From positions 1,312,001 through 1,376,000 of the forward strand of contig OY968796.1 in assembly GCA_963695545.1 (NCBI GenBank): DNA of 64,000 bases, given 5' to 3'. The notes below the pieces were generated by a model. The model saw only the letters and a program-made list of their open reading frames with translations, searched no databases and had not been told where the DNA came from. Positions 38,098 to 49,990 of the stretch are shown piece by piece. The stretch's first letter is position 1. Every line of letters begins with the position of its first letter. A program made the position numbers and the translations under genes. Source of the DNA: Terriglobia bacterium. GTDB taxonomy: Bacteria; Acidobacteriota; Terriglobia; Acidiferrales; UBA7541.

Positions 38098-41034
38098 TTG
38101 GGTGTCGGAATCTCTGTGGCCACGTCGACCACAAAACTCGATCCGCGCGCCGTCCAAGAACAATTGCTCGACGTCGTGCGCGGCTTGCTCGGCGAGCTGG
38201 GCAATTCGCGCGCGGAGCAAACCGCCAACATCGGATCGCATCTCGAGCGCGACCTCGGTCTCGGCAGCCTCGAGCGCGTTGAACTGCTCGTGCGCCTCGA
38301 ACGCGCGCTGGCTGTGCGCCTGCCAGATAGCGTGATGGCGCAGGCGGAGACGCTCTCTGACGTCGCCGCAGCTCTCGTTTCCGCCGACTTCGCCGCGGCT
38401 CTCGGCACCCACCGCGCGGCGCCCGTCTTCACATCAACTCCAGCGCCAACAGGCTCGACGATCGCCGCGGACACCTCGGCATTTGAAACCCTGCAACAAG
38501 TCCTCGCGCACCGCGGGCGCGCCGACTCGGCGCGCGCGCATCTAGTTTTTTGGAGCGACACCTCCGTCGAATCTTCAGGCGCGCCCAGCACAACGCTTAC
38601 GTTCGGCGACCTCTACGAAGGCGCGCACCGTTTCGCAGTGGAACTCGCGCATCGCGGAGTCTCCCCGGGCGATGTCGTTTCGCTGATGCTTCCGACGTCT
38701 CCCGAATTTTTCTTCGCCTTTGCCGGTACTCTTCTTGCCGGTGCCGTCCCCGCGCCGATTTATCCACCCATTCGCGCCGACCGCATCGAAGAATACGCCG
38801 AGCGCCAAGCCGCGATTCTCTCGAACGCTCAGGCCAAGCTCCTCGTTACTTTCCGCGAAGCCGCAGGCGTGGCTCGTCTGCTTCGCCCGCGCGTTCCTTC
38901 CCTTGATGGCGTAGTCACCGCCGCTCGTCTTCTCGCAGAGCGCCACTCCGATCTGCCTCTGCCAGGTCTCGGTCACGGCGACGACGTGGCGCTGCTGCAA
39001 TACACTTCGGGCTCGACGGGCGATCCCAAAGGCGTGACGCTTAGCCACAGCAATCTTCTCGCGAACATCCGCGCCGCCGGCGAAGCTCTCAACGTTCGCC
39101 CAGACGACGTCGGCGTCAGTTGGCTCCCGCTATATCACGATATGGGTTTGATCGGCGCGTGGCTCGGACCGATGTGCTTCGGCATACCGCTGATCGTAAT
39201 GTCGCCGCTCGAATTTCTCACGCGGCCTGAGCGCTGGCTCTGGGCCATCCATCGCCATCGCGGCACGCTGAGCGCCGCGCCGAATTTCGCCTACGAGTTA
39301 TGCCTGCGCAAAACGCACGAGCGCGATCTCGAAGGATTGGACTTGAGTTCGTGGCGCGCCGCGCTCAACGGCGCCGAACCCGTGCTGCCCGAAACGCTCG
39401 ATCGTTTTGCCGAACGTTTCGCGCGATACGGTTTCCGCCGCGAAGCACTGACGCCGGTCTACGGTTTGGCGGAAGCCTCGCTCGCCGTCACATTCCCGCC
39501 GCCGGGGCGCGGACCGCGTGTGGACCGCGTCGATCGCGCAAGTCTCGCGGAAAATGGCCGCGCAGTTCCCGCCGCATCGCCTGCCGCTGAAGGCGGCGTT
39601 GAAGATGATTGCGCGAGTGTTTCGTTCGTATCCGTCGGAAAGCCGATTTTGGATTGCGAAGTCCGCATCGTTGCGGAAGGTGACGGTGGGCGCGCCGGGG
39701 AACCGGGCCGCGAAGCCGAAGAGCGGTGCGAAGGACAACTCTGGTTCCGCGGCGCTTCGTCCACGCGCGGTTACTACCGAAATCCCGAGGCCACCGCGCG
39801 CCTATTTCCGCTTGGGCCCGCTGCCGGCTGGATTAATTCTGGCGATCGCGCCTATCGCGTGGATGGCGAGTACTACATCACGGGCCGCACCAAAGACATC
39901 ATCGTGAAGGCCGGCCGGAATCTCTATCCGCACGAAATCGAAGACGCCGTCGCGCGCGTCGCCGGCGTGAGGCGCGGATGCGTTGTGGCCTTCGGCACAG
40001 CCGACGCGTCGAGCGGCACCGAACGCCTGGCGGTCGTTGCGGAAACGCGCGAGCGATCGGTCGAGGCGCGAGAAAAACTTGCCGCGGCCATCACCGCGGA
40101 GGTCGCACGCTCCGTCGGCGTGCCACCGGATGCCGTGCTGACCGTGCCGCCGCACAGCATTCCGAAAACTTCGAGCGGAAAATTGCGCCGCGATCGCACC
40201 AAACAACTCTACCAAGCCGGAGCGTGCGGCGCGCCGACGCGCCCGCCGTGGCTGCAGGTAACGCGCCTCGCTCTCAAGGGTCTCGCGCGCTCCGTCTGGC
40301 GTGTCGCGCGGATTGTGCCCGAAAAACTTTACGGCGTGTATGCCGACTTAGTGCTCACCGTGCTCATGGTTCCCGCATGGGCGATCGTACTTCCTGTGCG
40401 CAACCGCAAGTTCGTGGCGCGCGTGGCCGTCGGCGGCCTGCGCGCTTGCTTCCTGCTCATGGGCAGCCCGATCCGCGTTTCCGGGCGCGAGCATCTCACC
40501 GCTCACGGCGCGTGCGTCCTGGTGAGCAATCACGCAAGCTACATGGACGTGCTTGTGCTCATGGCCGGCCTCGGCACGGACTTCCACATCGTCTCCAAGG
40601 GCGAAGTCCGCAAAATGCCCGTCATCGGAACGTTCCTTCACAAGCTCGGCCACTTCTGGTTCGACCGCGCCGATCCCCAAGCGCGCCTGCGCCAGGCCGA
40701 GCAGATCGAACAATCTCTGCGCCACGGCGAATCCGTCTACGTCTTCCCCGAAGGAACGTTCACGCCACAAGTGGGCGTCCGGCCGTTTCAATTGGGCGCG
40801 TTTCAAGCGGCTGCACGCGCAGGTCGCCCTATCGTGCCCATCGCGCTTCGCGGCACGCGCCACTTTTTGCGCGACGACACTTATTTGCCGCGCCCCTCGC
40901 GCCTCGAGATTCACGTTGGCCCGCCCATCGAACCCCGCCCCACCGAAGCGAATCTCTCCTGGCAGGAAATCGTTCGCCTGCGCGACGTCTCCCGCGACTG
41001 GATCGCCCGCGAAGCTGAGGAGCCTGTGCTTTAA
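38098..41034 (+). CDS. Fusion: ACP - fatty acyl-AMP ligase (FAAL-like) - PlsC-type acyltransferase
   Basis: DLGLGSLERVELL (ACP); QYTSGSTGDPKG, VSWLPLYHDMGLIG, APNFAYELC, NGAEP, YGLAEA, PKTSSGK (FAAL-type); NHASYMD, FPEGT; exact start uncertain. Confidence 0.88.
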   Translation: MGVGISVATSTTKLDPRAVQEQLLDVVRGLLGELGNSRAEQTANIGSHLERDLGLGSLERVELLVRLERALAVRLPDSVMAQAETLSDVAAALVSADFAAALGTHRAAPVFTSTPAPTGSTIAADTSAFETLQQVLAHRGRADSARAHLVFWSDTSVESSGAPSTTLTFGDLYEGAHRFAVELAHRGVSPGDVVSLMLPTSPEFFFAFAGTLLAGAVPAPIYPPIRADRIEEYAERQAAILSNAQAKLLVTFREAAGVARLLRPRVPSLDGVVTAARLLAERHSDLPLPGLGHGDDVALLQYTSGSTGDPKGVTLSHSNLLANIRAAGEALNVRPDDVGVSWLPLYHDMGLIGAWLGPMCFGIPLIVMSPLEFLTRPERWLWAIHRHRGTLSAAPNFAYELCLRKTHERDLEGLDLSSWRAALNGAEPVLPETLDRFAERFARYGFRREALTPVYGLAEASLAVTFPPPGRGPRVDRVDRASLAENGRAVPAASPAAEGGVEDDCASVSFVSVGKPILDCEVRIVAEGDGGRAGEPGREAEERCEGQLWFRGASSTRGYYRNPEATARLFPLGPAAGWINSGDRAYRVDGEYYITGRTKDIIVKAGRNLYPHEIEDAVARVAGVRRGCVVAFGTADASSGTERLAVVAETRERSVEAREKLAAAITAEVARSVGVPPDAVLTVPPHSIPKTSSGKLRRDRTKQLYQAGACGAPTRPPWLQVTRLALKGLARSVWRVARIVPEKLYGVYADLVLTVLMVPAWAIVLPVRNRKFVARVAVGGLRACFLLMGSPIRVSGREHLTAHGACVLVSNHASYMDVLVLMAGLGTDFHIVSKGEVRKMPVIGTFLHKLGHFWFDRADPQARLRQAEQIEQSLRHGESVYVFPEGTFTPQVGVRPFQLGAFQAAARAGRPIVPIALRGTRHFLRDDTYLPRPSRLEIHVGPPIEPRPTEANLSWQEIVRLRDVSRDWIAREAEEPVL

Positions 41035-41178
41035 TTCGCCGGCACCCTATCGGCCCACTTCGGCCACCTATCCGGTTAACGGAGATTTCATACAAGTTCT
41101 GGTATCCCCGTGCCACCTCCGAGCATCTTAAGTTCTGTAAAAGTTCCCTCAGGTCAGGGGCGAGGGGGTTGCAAGGTC

Positions 41179-41493
41179 ATGAATCGCAATCATTTAGAGG
41201 TCGTAGGGGTTCGTTACACCGGCTGGGCGGCGCTTAACCGTGATCCGCAAGAGGATGTGGTCGAATTTATGTGCCCTCAGTGCGGCCAGCACGGAGAGAA
41301 GCCGGCCCGGCGAGCTCGCGCACTCTACCATTTCACCGACGGGTTCCTGCAGGACGTGCAAGGAGAATTGACCACCTGCCGCGGCTGCAAACAGGCGCTG
41401 CATGTGACTCCGGTCGTGATGGTGCACGATCAAGAGGAAAAGCGCCGCTTTGAGGCCGTTTTCGCCGACGATTTGGCGGCCGTCGCCGGCTAA
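41179..41493 (+). CDS. Small CxxC...CxxC zinc-ribbon protein
   Basis: 104 aa; CPQCG and CRGC motifs; GAGGGGG upstream; terminator downstream. Confidence 0.65.
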   Translation: MNRNHLEVVGVRYTGWAALNRDPQEDVVEFMCPQCGQHGEKPARRARALYHFTDGFLQDVQGELTTCRGCKQALHVTPVVMVHDQEEKRRFEAVFADDLAAVAG

Positions 41494-41549
41494 TTTTCCC
41501 TCGATTTGTGTTGGTCGGTCATCTTGCCGGAAAAATCTCGCGCACACAC

Positions 41550-41587
41550 AAAAGCGGGCCGATCCCGTGAGGATCGGCCCGCTTTTT
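41550..41587. terminator. Bidirectional intrinsic terminator
   Basis: AAAAGCGGGCCGATCC-CGTGA-GGATCGGCCCGCTTTT between convergent genes. Confidence 0.85.
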
Positions 41588-41635
41588 CTCTTCTGTTAAT
41601 TGCGCCCCGTCAGAGCAGCGACCTCGGACTTCGCT

Positions 41636-41875
41636 CTACCACGGACGCACGTTGCAACTGATCTGTGCCTTGGCTAGCTCGTTGCGCTCGTGCCGGGCTT
41701 CCCAGCTATAGGGCCCATGGCGCTCAATAGCTTGCTGGAGCTTCCATTCCCGCGTTTGTATCTTGTGATAACAATCGTCCGCGCGGGCGGTGGTTGCTGC
41801 ACCGGCAAGCGCCACAAGTCCCGCGAGTAGCGCGCCGGCGAATACAGTCTTCCGGAAGAGTTTTTTTGCTAACAT
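41636..41875 (-). CDS. Small secreted hypothetical protein
   Basis: GAGGAGG SD; signal peptide ending ARA; short mature helical part with two Cys. Confidence 0.7.
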   Translation of the reverse strand: MLAKKLFRKTVFAGALLAGLVALAGAATTARADDCYHKIQTREWKLQQAIERHGPYSWEARHERNELAKAQISCNVRPW

Positions 41876-42039
41876 GAAGCACCTCCTCAGCAGTTGCCTG
41901 GACTACGGCAGCGGCCCGGGGCTCGTGCAATCCTGGGTCGGGCTTCGCTGATAAATAGGGATGGTGCGAGCGCGCTTCGGGTTGCCACCCACAATTGCGG
42001 CGCGTGTCGATTTCGGGCAACCGAAATCCGGGCGCCGCG

Positions 42040-42891
42040 CTACTCGCTCAGCAGCGAATCCGGCGTCATGTGGTACATCTCAAGGCCCTGGCGGATTCGG
42101 TCGAAGGCCTGGTCTACTGTGTCCGCAAACTCGAGCAGATGAAATTCCTTCTCGTTGATGGTGCCGCTGCGCAACATATGTTTCCAGTTCAGGACCTTGT
42201 CCCAATAACTCCGCCCGTAAATCAGAATAATGTTGCGCCGCTGGAGCTTTCCTGTCTGCATCAGCGTGAGCATCTCCCAGAGTTCGTCCATCGTGCCGAA
42301 CCCTCCGGGAAAAACGATCAGCGCCTTCGCCAGTTGCGCAAACCACAATTTGCGCATGAAAAAATAATGGAACATGAAGCTGAGCTCGGGACTGATGTAA
42401 CCGTTGGGCCACTGCTCATGCGGCAGCTCGATGCTCAGGCCAATGGATTTTCCTCCGGCCTCGGCGGCGCCGCGGTTGGCTGCCTCCATGATGCCGGGAC
42501 CTCCGCCCGAGCAGATCACGAAGCGCCGCGGCCGTTCGCCCAGCGTGAGCGACCAGGTCGTCAGTCGATGCGCCAGCTCTCTTGCTTCTTCGTAGTAGCG
42601 CGACATCTTGAGCGCCGCGTGCGCCCGGCCCAGCGCCGCGCGATGCTCGGCCGAACGGCCGCCCGCGCGCACTCGCTTCAGGCGCTGCAAATCCCGCAGT
42701 GCGCGTTCGCGTGGCTGGATCCGCGCGGAACCAAAAATCACGATCGTGTCGCCCACGCCTTCGCGGCGCAGCCGCGCCAGCGGATCGAGATATTCCGAAA
42801 CGATGCGCACGGGCCGCGCTGGCACACTGTCAAGAAAGGCTTGATCCCGAAACGGCGCCTGGGGCACGGCGCCGTGGCGTTTGGTCGGCAT
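42040..42891 (-). CDS. LOG-family (Rossmann-fold, TIGR00730-like) nucleotide phosphoribohydrolase
   Basis: IFGSAR, CSGGGPGIMEAANRGA, HYFFMRK, PGGFGTMDE; GGAGG SD before MPTKRH. Confidence 0.9.
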   Translation of the reverse strand: MPTKRHGAVPQAPFRDQAFLDSVPARPVRIVSEYLDPLARLRREGVGDTIVIFGSARIQPRERALRDLQRLKRVRAGGRSAEHRAALGRAHAALKMSRYYEEARELAHRLTTWSLTLGERPRRFVICSGGGPGIMEAANRGAAEAGGKSIGLSIELPHEQWPNGYISPELSFMFHYFFMRKLWFAQLAKALIVFPGGFGTMDELWEMLTLMQTGKLQRRNIILIYGRSYWDKVLNWKHMLRSGTINEKEFHLLEFADTVDQAFDRIRQGLEMYHMTPDSLLSE

Positions 42892-43024
42892 GAATCCTCC
42901 CGAATGGCGGTGCGCGCTGACCCGCCGGGCAATCAGCCATTCTACCCGCGCGCTCGCAACTGGCCAACGTCGCCGATCAACGTTGGAGCGCCAGAAAGCA
43001 TCAAATCCGGTAGACTTGGGGCCT

Positions 43025-44176
43025 ATGAGACACCTCGCGAAATTCGCCTTTGCGCTCGGCGGCCTCTCGCTTGCGGCCGCGCTGGCCTTTGCACAATCCA
43101 CTTCCGGACCCGCGAGTCCCGCGCCCTCCGCGCCAAAGCCGAAAGCACCGGCTATTCCCGCGCAGGAGGCTCCCGCGAAGATCGTCGTGCAGACGCAAGA
43201 AGTAACCACGCCGGTCACCGTGAAAGATTCGCGGGGCGAGCTTGTGTTGGATCTGACCGCGAAGAATTTTCGCGTCTTCGACAACAAGGTCGAGCAAACG
43301 GACATCACCGTCGATCAAGGCGGCGATCCAGTCTCGGCCGTGCTGGTCTTTGAGACAAGCTCCCGCATCACGCCCCTGTTCCCCGCCATTCAGAAAACCG
43401 GAATTCTATTCACCCAGGACGTGATCGGCTCCACGGGCGATGCCGCCGTCCTCGGTTACAACGATACAGTGGACCATCTGTTGGGTTTCACAAGCGATGC
43501 CGATCAAATTGAGAAGACCGTAAAAGATCTCGCCCCCGGAACTTCCGGCGTGAAGCTCTACGACGCGCTGGCCACGGCGTTGCACATGCTGCTCGGCAGG
43601 CCCGATACCCGGCGCCGCGTCATCATCCTGCTCGGCGAAGCGTCAGACTCGGGAAGCGAAGCCAAGCTCGGCCAAGTGCTGCGCGACGCCCAGGCGGCCG
43701 ACATCACCATCTTCACCGTGGGCCTTTCTTCCACTTCCGCAACCACGCGCTCGGCATCGAAATCCGGCGCCCCGCCGTCGGACACGCCGCCGGGCATCAT
43801 CGGCGGCCCGACAATACCGGGCGAAGCTCCCACTCCGGATATGCAACAAGCTGGCGCGAACCCCAGCAGCGGCGACGCAAACCTGATGAATGTAGTCAGC
43901 TGGGCGGTGACGCACGCCGTGGCCACCGTGAAGGAACGTCCGCTCGAGGTCGCGACCGCCGCCACCGGCGGACTCTATCAATCCACTTTCCGCGACCACT
44001 CGATCGAAGATGCCATCGATCAGATCGGCGCCGAACTGCATGGGCAATACATTTTGGCCTACCGGCCCTCCGGCACCGCGCAATATGGCTATCACGAAAT
44101 TGAAGTTCGGGTGAACCGTCCGAATCTGAATGTGCGCGCCCGGCCCGGTTACTACCTAACGGCGCCAGGCGGCTGA
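43025..44176 (+). CDS. Secreted VWA-domain protein (Acidobacterial type)
   Basis: Signal peptide; PVTVKDSRGELVLDLTAKNFRVFDN, LYDAL, RRVIILL, ATGG, ELHGQYILAYRP, RARPGYY. Confidence 0.85.
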   Translation: MRHLAKFAFALGGLSLAAALAFAQSTSGPASPAPSAPKPKAPAIPAQEAPAKIVVQTQEVTTPVTVKDSRGELVLDLTAKNFRVFDNKVEQTDITVDQGGDPVSAVLVFETSSRITPLFPAIQKTGILFTQDVIGSTGDAAVLGYNDTVDHLLGFTSDADQIEKTVKDLAPGTSGVKLYDALATALHMLLGRPDTRRRVIILLGEASDSGSEAKLGQVLRDAQAADITIFTVGLSSTSATTRSASKSGAPPSDTPPGIIGGPTIPGEAPTPDMQQAGANPSSGDANLMNVVSWAVTHAVATVKERPLEVATAATGGLYQSTFRDHSIEDAIDQIGAELHGQYILAYRPSGTAQYGYHEIEVRVNRPNLNVRARPGYYLTAPGG

Positions 44177-44256
44177 TTTCTGGATCCAGCCCCTCGCGCG
44201 CTCCGCGCGGCTGGCCTTACGAGGATTTGACAGCGCAGATCTTCCGTCGCGGTCGC

Positions 44257-46803
44257 TCAGGTCTTGCCGTTTTCTTTCTCCGCAGCCTCTTCTTCAAGTA
44301 ACACTGCGGCCGCGGCGATCTTGTCGCCCGCGTCAAGGCGCAGCAGCCGCACGCCCTGCGTCGAGCGACCGGCCTCGCGGATTTCGTTCGCGTGCACGCG
44401 AATCACTTTCCCCACCGAGGTGATGATCATCACGTCGGATTCTTCGGTCACCTGCAGCGCCGCCACCACCGGCCCGTTGCGCTCGGTCGATTTCAAATTG
44501 ATCACGCCTTTGCCGCCGCGCGACGTGATGCGATATTCCGCCAGCGGCGTCCGCTTGCCGAATCCTTTTTCCGCCACCGTCAGCATAAGCGAAGTCAGTG
44601 AGTCGCGAATTTCGTCCGCCTCCAACTCGTCCAGTTTATCGGCGGACTTCTTGGTTTCCTTGCGCAAAATCTCCGGGTCCGGCGTCACCGCTTCCATGCT
44701 CACCAAGTAATCGTTCTTCCCCAGGTCCATTCCGTTCACGCCGCCGGCCGCGCGCCCCATCGAGCGCACGTCGGTTTCGCGAAACACGATGGCTTGCCCC
44801 TCGCGGCTCGCGAGGAAAATCATCTGCTTGCCGTCGGTCAGCTTCGCGCCGATCAATTCGTCCTTGGCCTCCAGGTTGATGGCGATGATTCCGCTCGAGC
44901 GCGGGTTCGAGAATTCCGCGAGCGTGGTTTTCTTCACTGTGCCGTTGCGCGTGGCGAAAAAGACGTAACGGCCTTCTTCTTCCAGATTGTGCGCCACCAC
45001 CACCGCGGTCATGTGCTCGTCTTCCTGAAATTTCACGAGGCTGGTGATCGCCTTGCCGCGCGTGGCCGCCGCCGCTTCGGGAATTTCGTAAACTTTCAGC
45101 CAATACACGCGCCCTTTTGAGGTGAACAGCAGAATGTAACTGTGCGCCGAAGCGATGAACAGGTGCTCGACGAAATCCTCTTCCTTCGTTCGCGCGCCGA
45201 TGCGCCCCTTGCCTCCGCGCGATTGGTGGCGATAGAGCTCCACCGGCGTGCGCTTCACATATCCTGCGTGGCTCACGGTGATGGCCATGTCCGTGTCCGC
45301 GATCAGGTCTTCGAGTTCGATCTCCTCGACCTTGTCGACGATCTGCGTGCGGCGCTCATCGCCAAAAAGTTTCTGCACCTCGCGCAGCTCGGTGACGATC
45401 ACGCCCTTGAGTTTCTTTTCGCTCGCCAGAATCGCCCGCAGTTCGGCGATCAACGCCTGAATTTCCTTCAATTCCTGCAGAATCTTTTCGCGCTCCATTT
45501 GCGTCAGACGGTGCAACTGGAGATCGAGAATGGCTTGCGCCTGGCGCTCGGAGAATTCCCAGCGCTCGATCAATCCCGCCTTGGCTTCGGTCGGCGATTT
45601 CGATTTGCGGATCAGCTTAATGATGTCGTCCAGGTGATCGAGCGCTTTCTTGAATCCCAGCAGGATGTGCTCGCGCTCTTCGGCCTTGCGCAAATCGAAT
45701 TGCGTTCGCCGGCGAACGACTTCCACGCGGTGCTCGATGAACAGGCGCAGCATGTCCATCATCGGCAGTTCGCGCGGCTGACCCTTCACAATGCTCAGCA
45801 GAATCACGCCAAACGATTCCTGCATCTGCGTGAGTTTGAAAAGGTGATTCAGGATGAGCTGGCTTTCCTCGCCGCGTTTGATTTCGACCACCACGCGCAT
45901 GCCCTGGCGGTCGGATTCATCGCGCACGTCGGAGATGCCTTCGATTTTCTTGGTTTGCACAAGCTCGGCGATGCGCTCGATTAGGCGCGCCTTATTCACC
46001 TGAAACGGAATTTCGGTGATCACGATGCTTTCGCGGTCTTTCGCGCCCTGCTCGATGGCTGCCTTGGCGCGCATCGTAAACGTGCCGCGCCCTGTCTTGT
46101 ACGCGTCCAGGATGCCGTCCTTGCCCGCGATGTAACCGCCTGTGGGGAAGTCCGGGCCCGGCATCACCTTCATGATTTCTTTCAACGTCACGTTCGGATC
46201 TTCGATCAGCATCACCGTGGCTTCCACCACCTCGCGCATATTGTGCGGAGGAATATTCGTGGCCATGCCCACGGCGATTCCCGAAGCTCCATTCACAAGA
46301 AGATTCGGAGTTTTCGCGGGAAGGACGGAAGGCTCTTCGCGTGTCTGATCGAAATTCGGAACGAAATCGACGGTCTCTTTTTCCAGATCGGCCAGCAGTT
46401 CTTCGGAAACTCGCGTCAATCGCGCTTCCGTGTATCGCATGGCCGCCGGCGGATCGCCGTCCACCGAGCCAAAATTTCCCTGACCATCCACCAGCATGTA
46501 GCGCATGTTGAAGCCCTGCGCCAGACGCACCAGAGTGGGATAAATAATCGCTTCACCGTGCGGATGATAGTTGCCGGAAGTGTCTCCGCAGATTTTGGCG
46601 CACTTGCGGAAGCCGCGATTCGAGGCGAGGCCCAGATCGTTCATGGCGATCAGAATGCGGCGCTGCACCGGCTTCAAGCCGTCGCGCACATCCGGGATGG
46701 CGCGCGCCACGATCACGCTCATGGCGTAATCGAGATACGACCGCTTCATTTCCGCTTCGATGTCGATCGGTACGATCTGCGCCTGAAGAACTTCGTCAGC
46801 CAT
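44257..46803 (-). CDS. gyrA: DNA gyrase subunit A
   Basis: SYLDYAMSVIV, RDGLKPVQRR, YHPHG, AAMRYTE, GyrA-box QSRGGKG, beta-pinwheel CTD repeats. Confidence 0.98.
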   Translation of the reverse strand: MADEVLQAQIVPIDIEAEMKRSYLDYAMSVIVARAIPDVRDGLKPVQRRILIAMNDLGLASNRGFRKCAKICGDTSGNYHPHGEAIIYPTLVRLAQGFNMRYMLVDGQGNFGSVDGDPPAAMRYTEARLTRVSEELLADLEKETVDFVPNFDQTREEPSVLPAKTPNLLVNGASGIAVGMATNIPPHNMREVVEATVMLIEDPNVTLKEIMKVMPGPDFPTGGYIAGKDGILDAYKTGRGTFTMRAKAAIEQGAKDRESIVITEIPFQVNKARLIERIAELVQTKKIEGISDVRDESDRQGMRVVVEIKRGEESQLILNHLFKLTQMQESFGVILLSIVKGQPRELPMMDMLRLFIEHRVEVVRRRTQFDLRKAEEREHILLGFKKALDHLDDIIKLIRKSKSPTEAKAGLIERWEFSERQAQAILDLQLHRLTQMEREKILQELKEIQALIAELRAILASEKKLKGVIVTELREVQKLFGDERRTQIVDKVEEIELEDLIADTDMAITVSHAGYVKRTPVELYRHQSRGGKGRIGARTKEEDFVEHLFIASAHSYILLFTSKGRVYWLKVYEIPEAAAATRGKAITSLVKFQEDEHMTAVVVAHNLEEEGRYVFFATRNGTVKKTTLAEFSNPRSSGIIAINLEAKDELIGAKLTDGKQMIFLASREGQAIVFRETDVRSMGRAAGGVNGMDLGKNDYLVSMEAVTPDPEILRKETKKSADKLDELEADEIRDSLTSLMLTVAEKGFGKRTPLAEYRITSRGGKGVINLKSTERNGPVVAALQVTEESDVMIITSVGKVIRVHANEIREAGRSTQGVRLLRLDAGDKIAAAAVLLEEEAAEKENGKT

Positions 46804-46817
46804 CTATCTCTTCTCCC

Positions 46818-47048
46818 CTAATCGTTCTCGAGCTGCGCGGCGCGCTCTACGATGTACGCCTTGACCGTGTCGAAGGCGTCCGACGCGCTCATGAAGCGGC
46901 GCGCGGCGAATGCCCGTTCGAGGTCGGCCAGGAACTCTTCGCGCCCGGAGTCGCCTGCTATTCGAATCGCTACGCCACGCTCGTTATCCGGACTGGCCGT
47001 CGGAGTCGCGCGAAATTCGTTGCAACCGAGTCCCCGCAGCCCCGGCAA
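46818..47048 (-). CDS. Possible small hypothetical protein between gyrB and gyrA
   Basis: Open frame fills the 280-bp gap, with an amphipathic helical C-terminus; start (TTG 47048) uncertain. Confidence 0.35.
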   Translation of the reverse strand: MPGLRGLGCNEFRATPTASPDNERGVAIRIAGDSGREEFLADLERAFAARRFMSASDAFDTVKAYIVERAAQLEND

Positions 47049-47083
47049 TGTTGTCCAACTCACCTGGTAGTACACGCGCGCTC

Positions 47084-49531
<2,448 letters not shown>

Positions 49532-49836
49532 TCAGTGACGAAAACCATCGCACTCTCAACAGCGATTGCACGGAAAGGTAGGCCGCAAAATCGAGTGGCC
49601 GACACTTGATTACCCTGTGGCCCGGCGATTTTTTTCGCCCGGACTCGAAGGGTTCTTTCCGCTCCATCCCGTCCTGTATTCCGCTTGCGCGGAAGTGGAC
49701 GCGGCGAAGACTACGTTCTTCCAGGCTCCGCGAATCCCGCTTGTTCTGGCGCGAACAAGCCAACCGATCGAGGGTGCCGCGGCCCTGGCCAACGTGCCGT
49801 TTTAGAGGAAGCCAAAACTACTCCAAACAGACTTCT

Positions 49837-49865
49837 ATTGTAGCTCGGAACGTGCCACGCCTCAA
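49837..49865 (-). promoter_or_regulatory. Putative gyrB promoter (TTGAGG-17-TACAAT)
   Basis: Minus-strand -35 at 49860-49865 and -10 at 49837-49842. Confidence 0.5.
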
Positions 49866-49990
49866 GGCCCAGTTCCTGATGCAAAACACGTCAAATCTTT
49901 TATTTGGAATGGCTTGCGGCGCTTACGACCGGCGCCAAGAGGGCCTTCTTAACGAGGTTTCTGAAGGTGGTTTTTCGTGTCCCTGAACCG

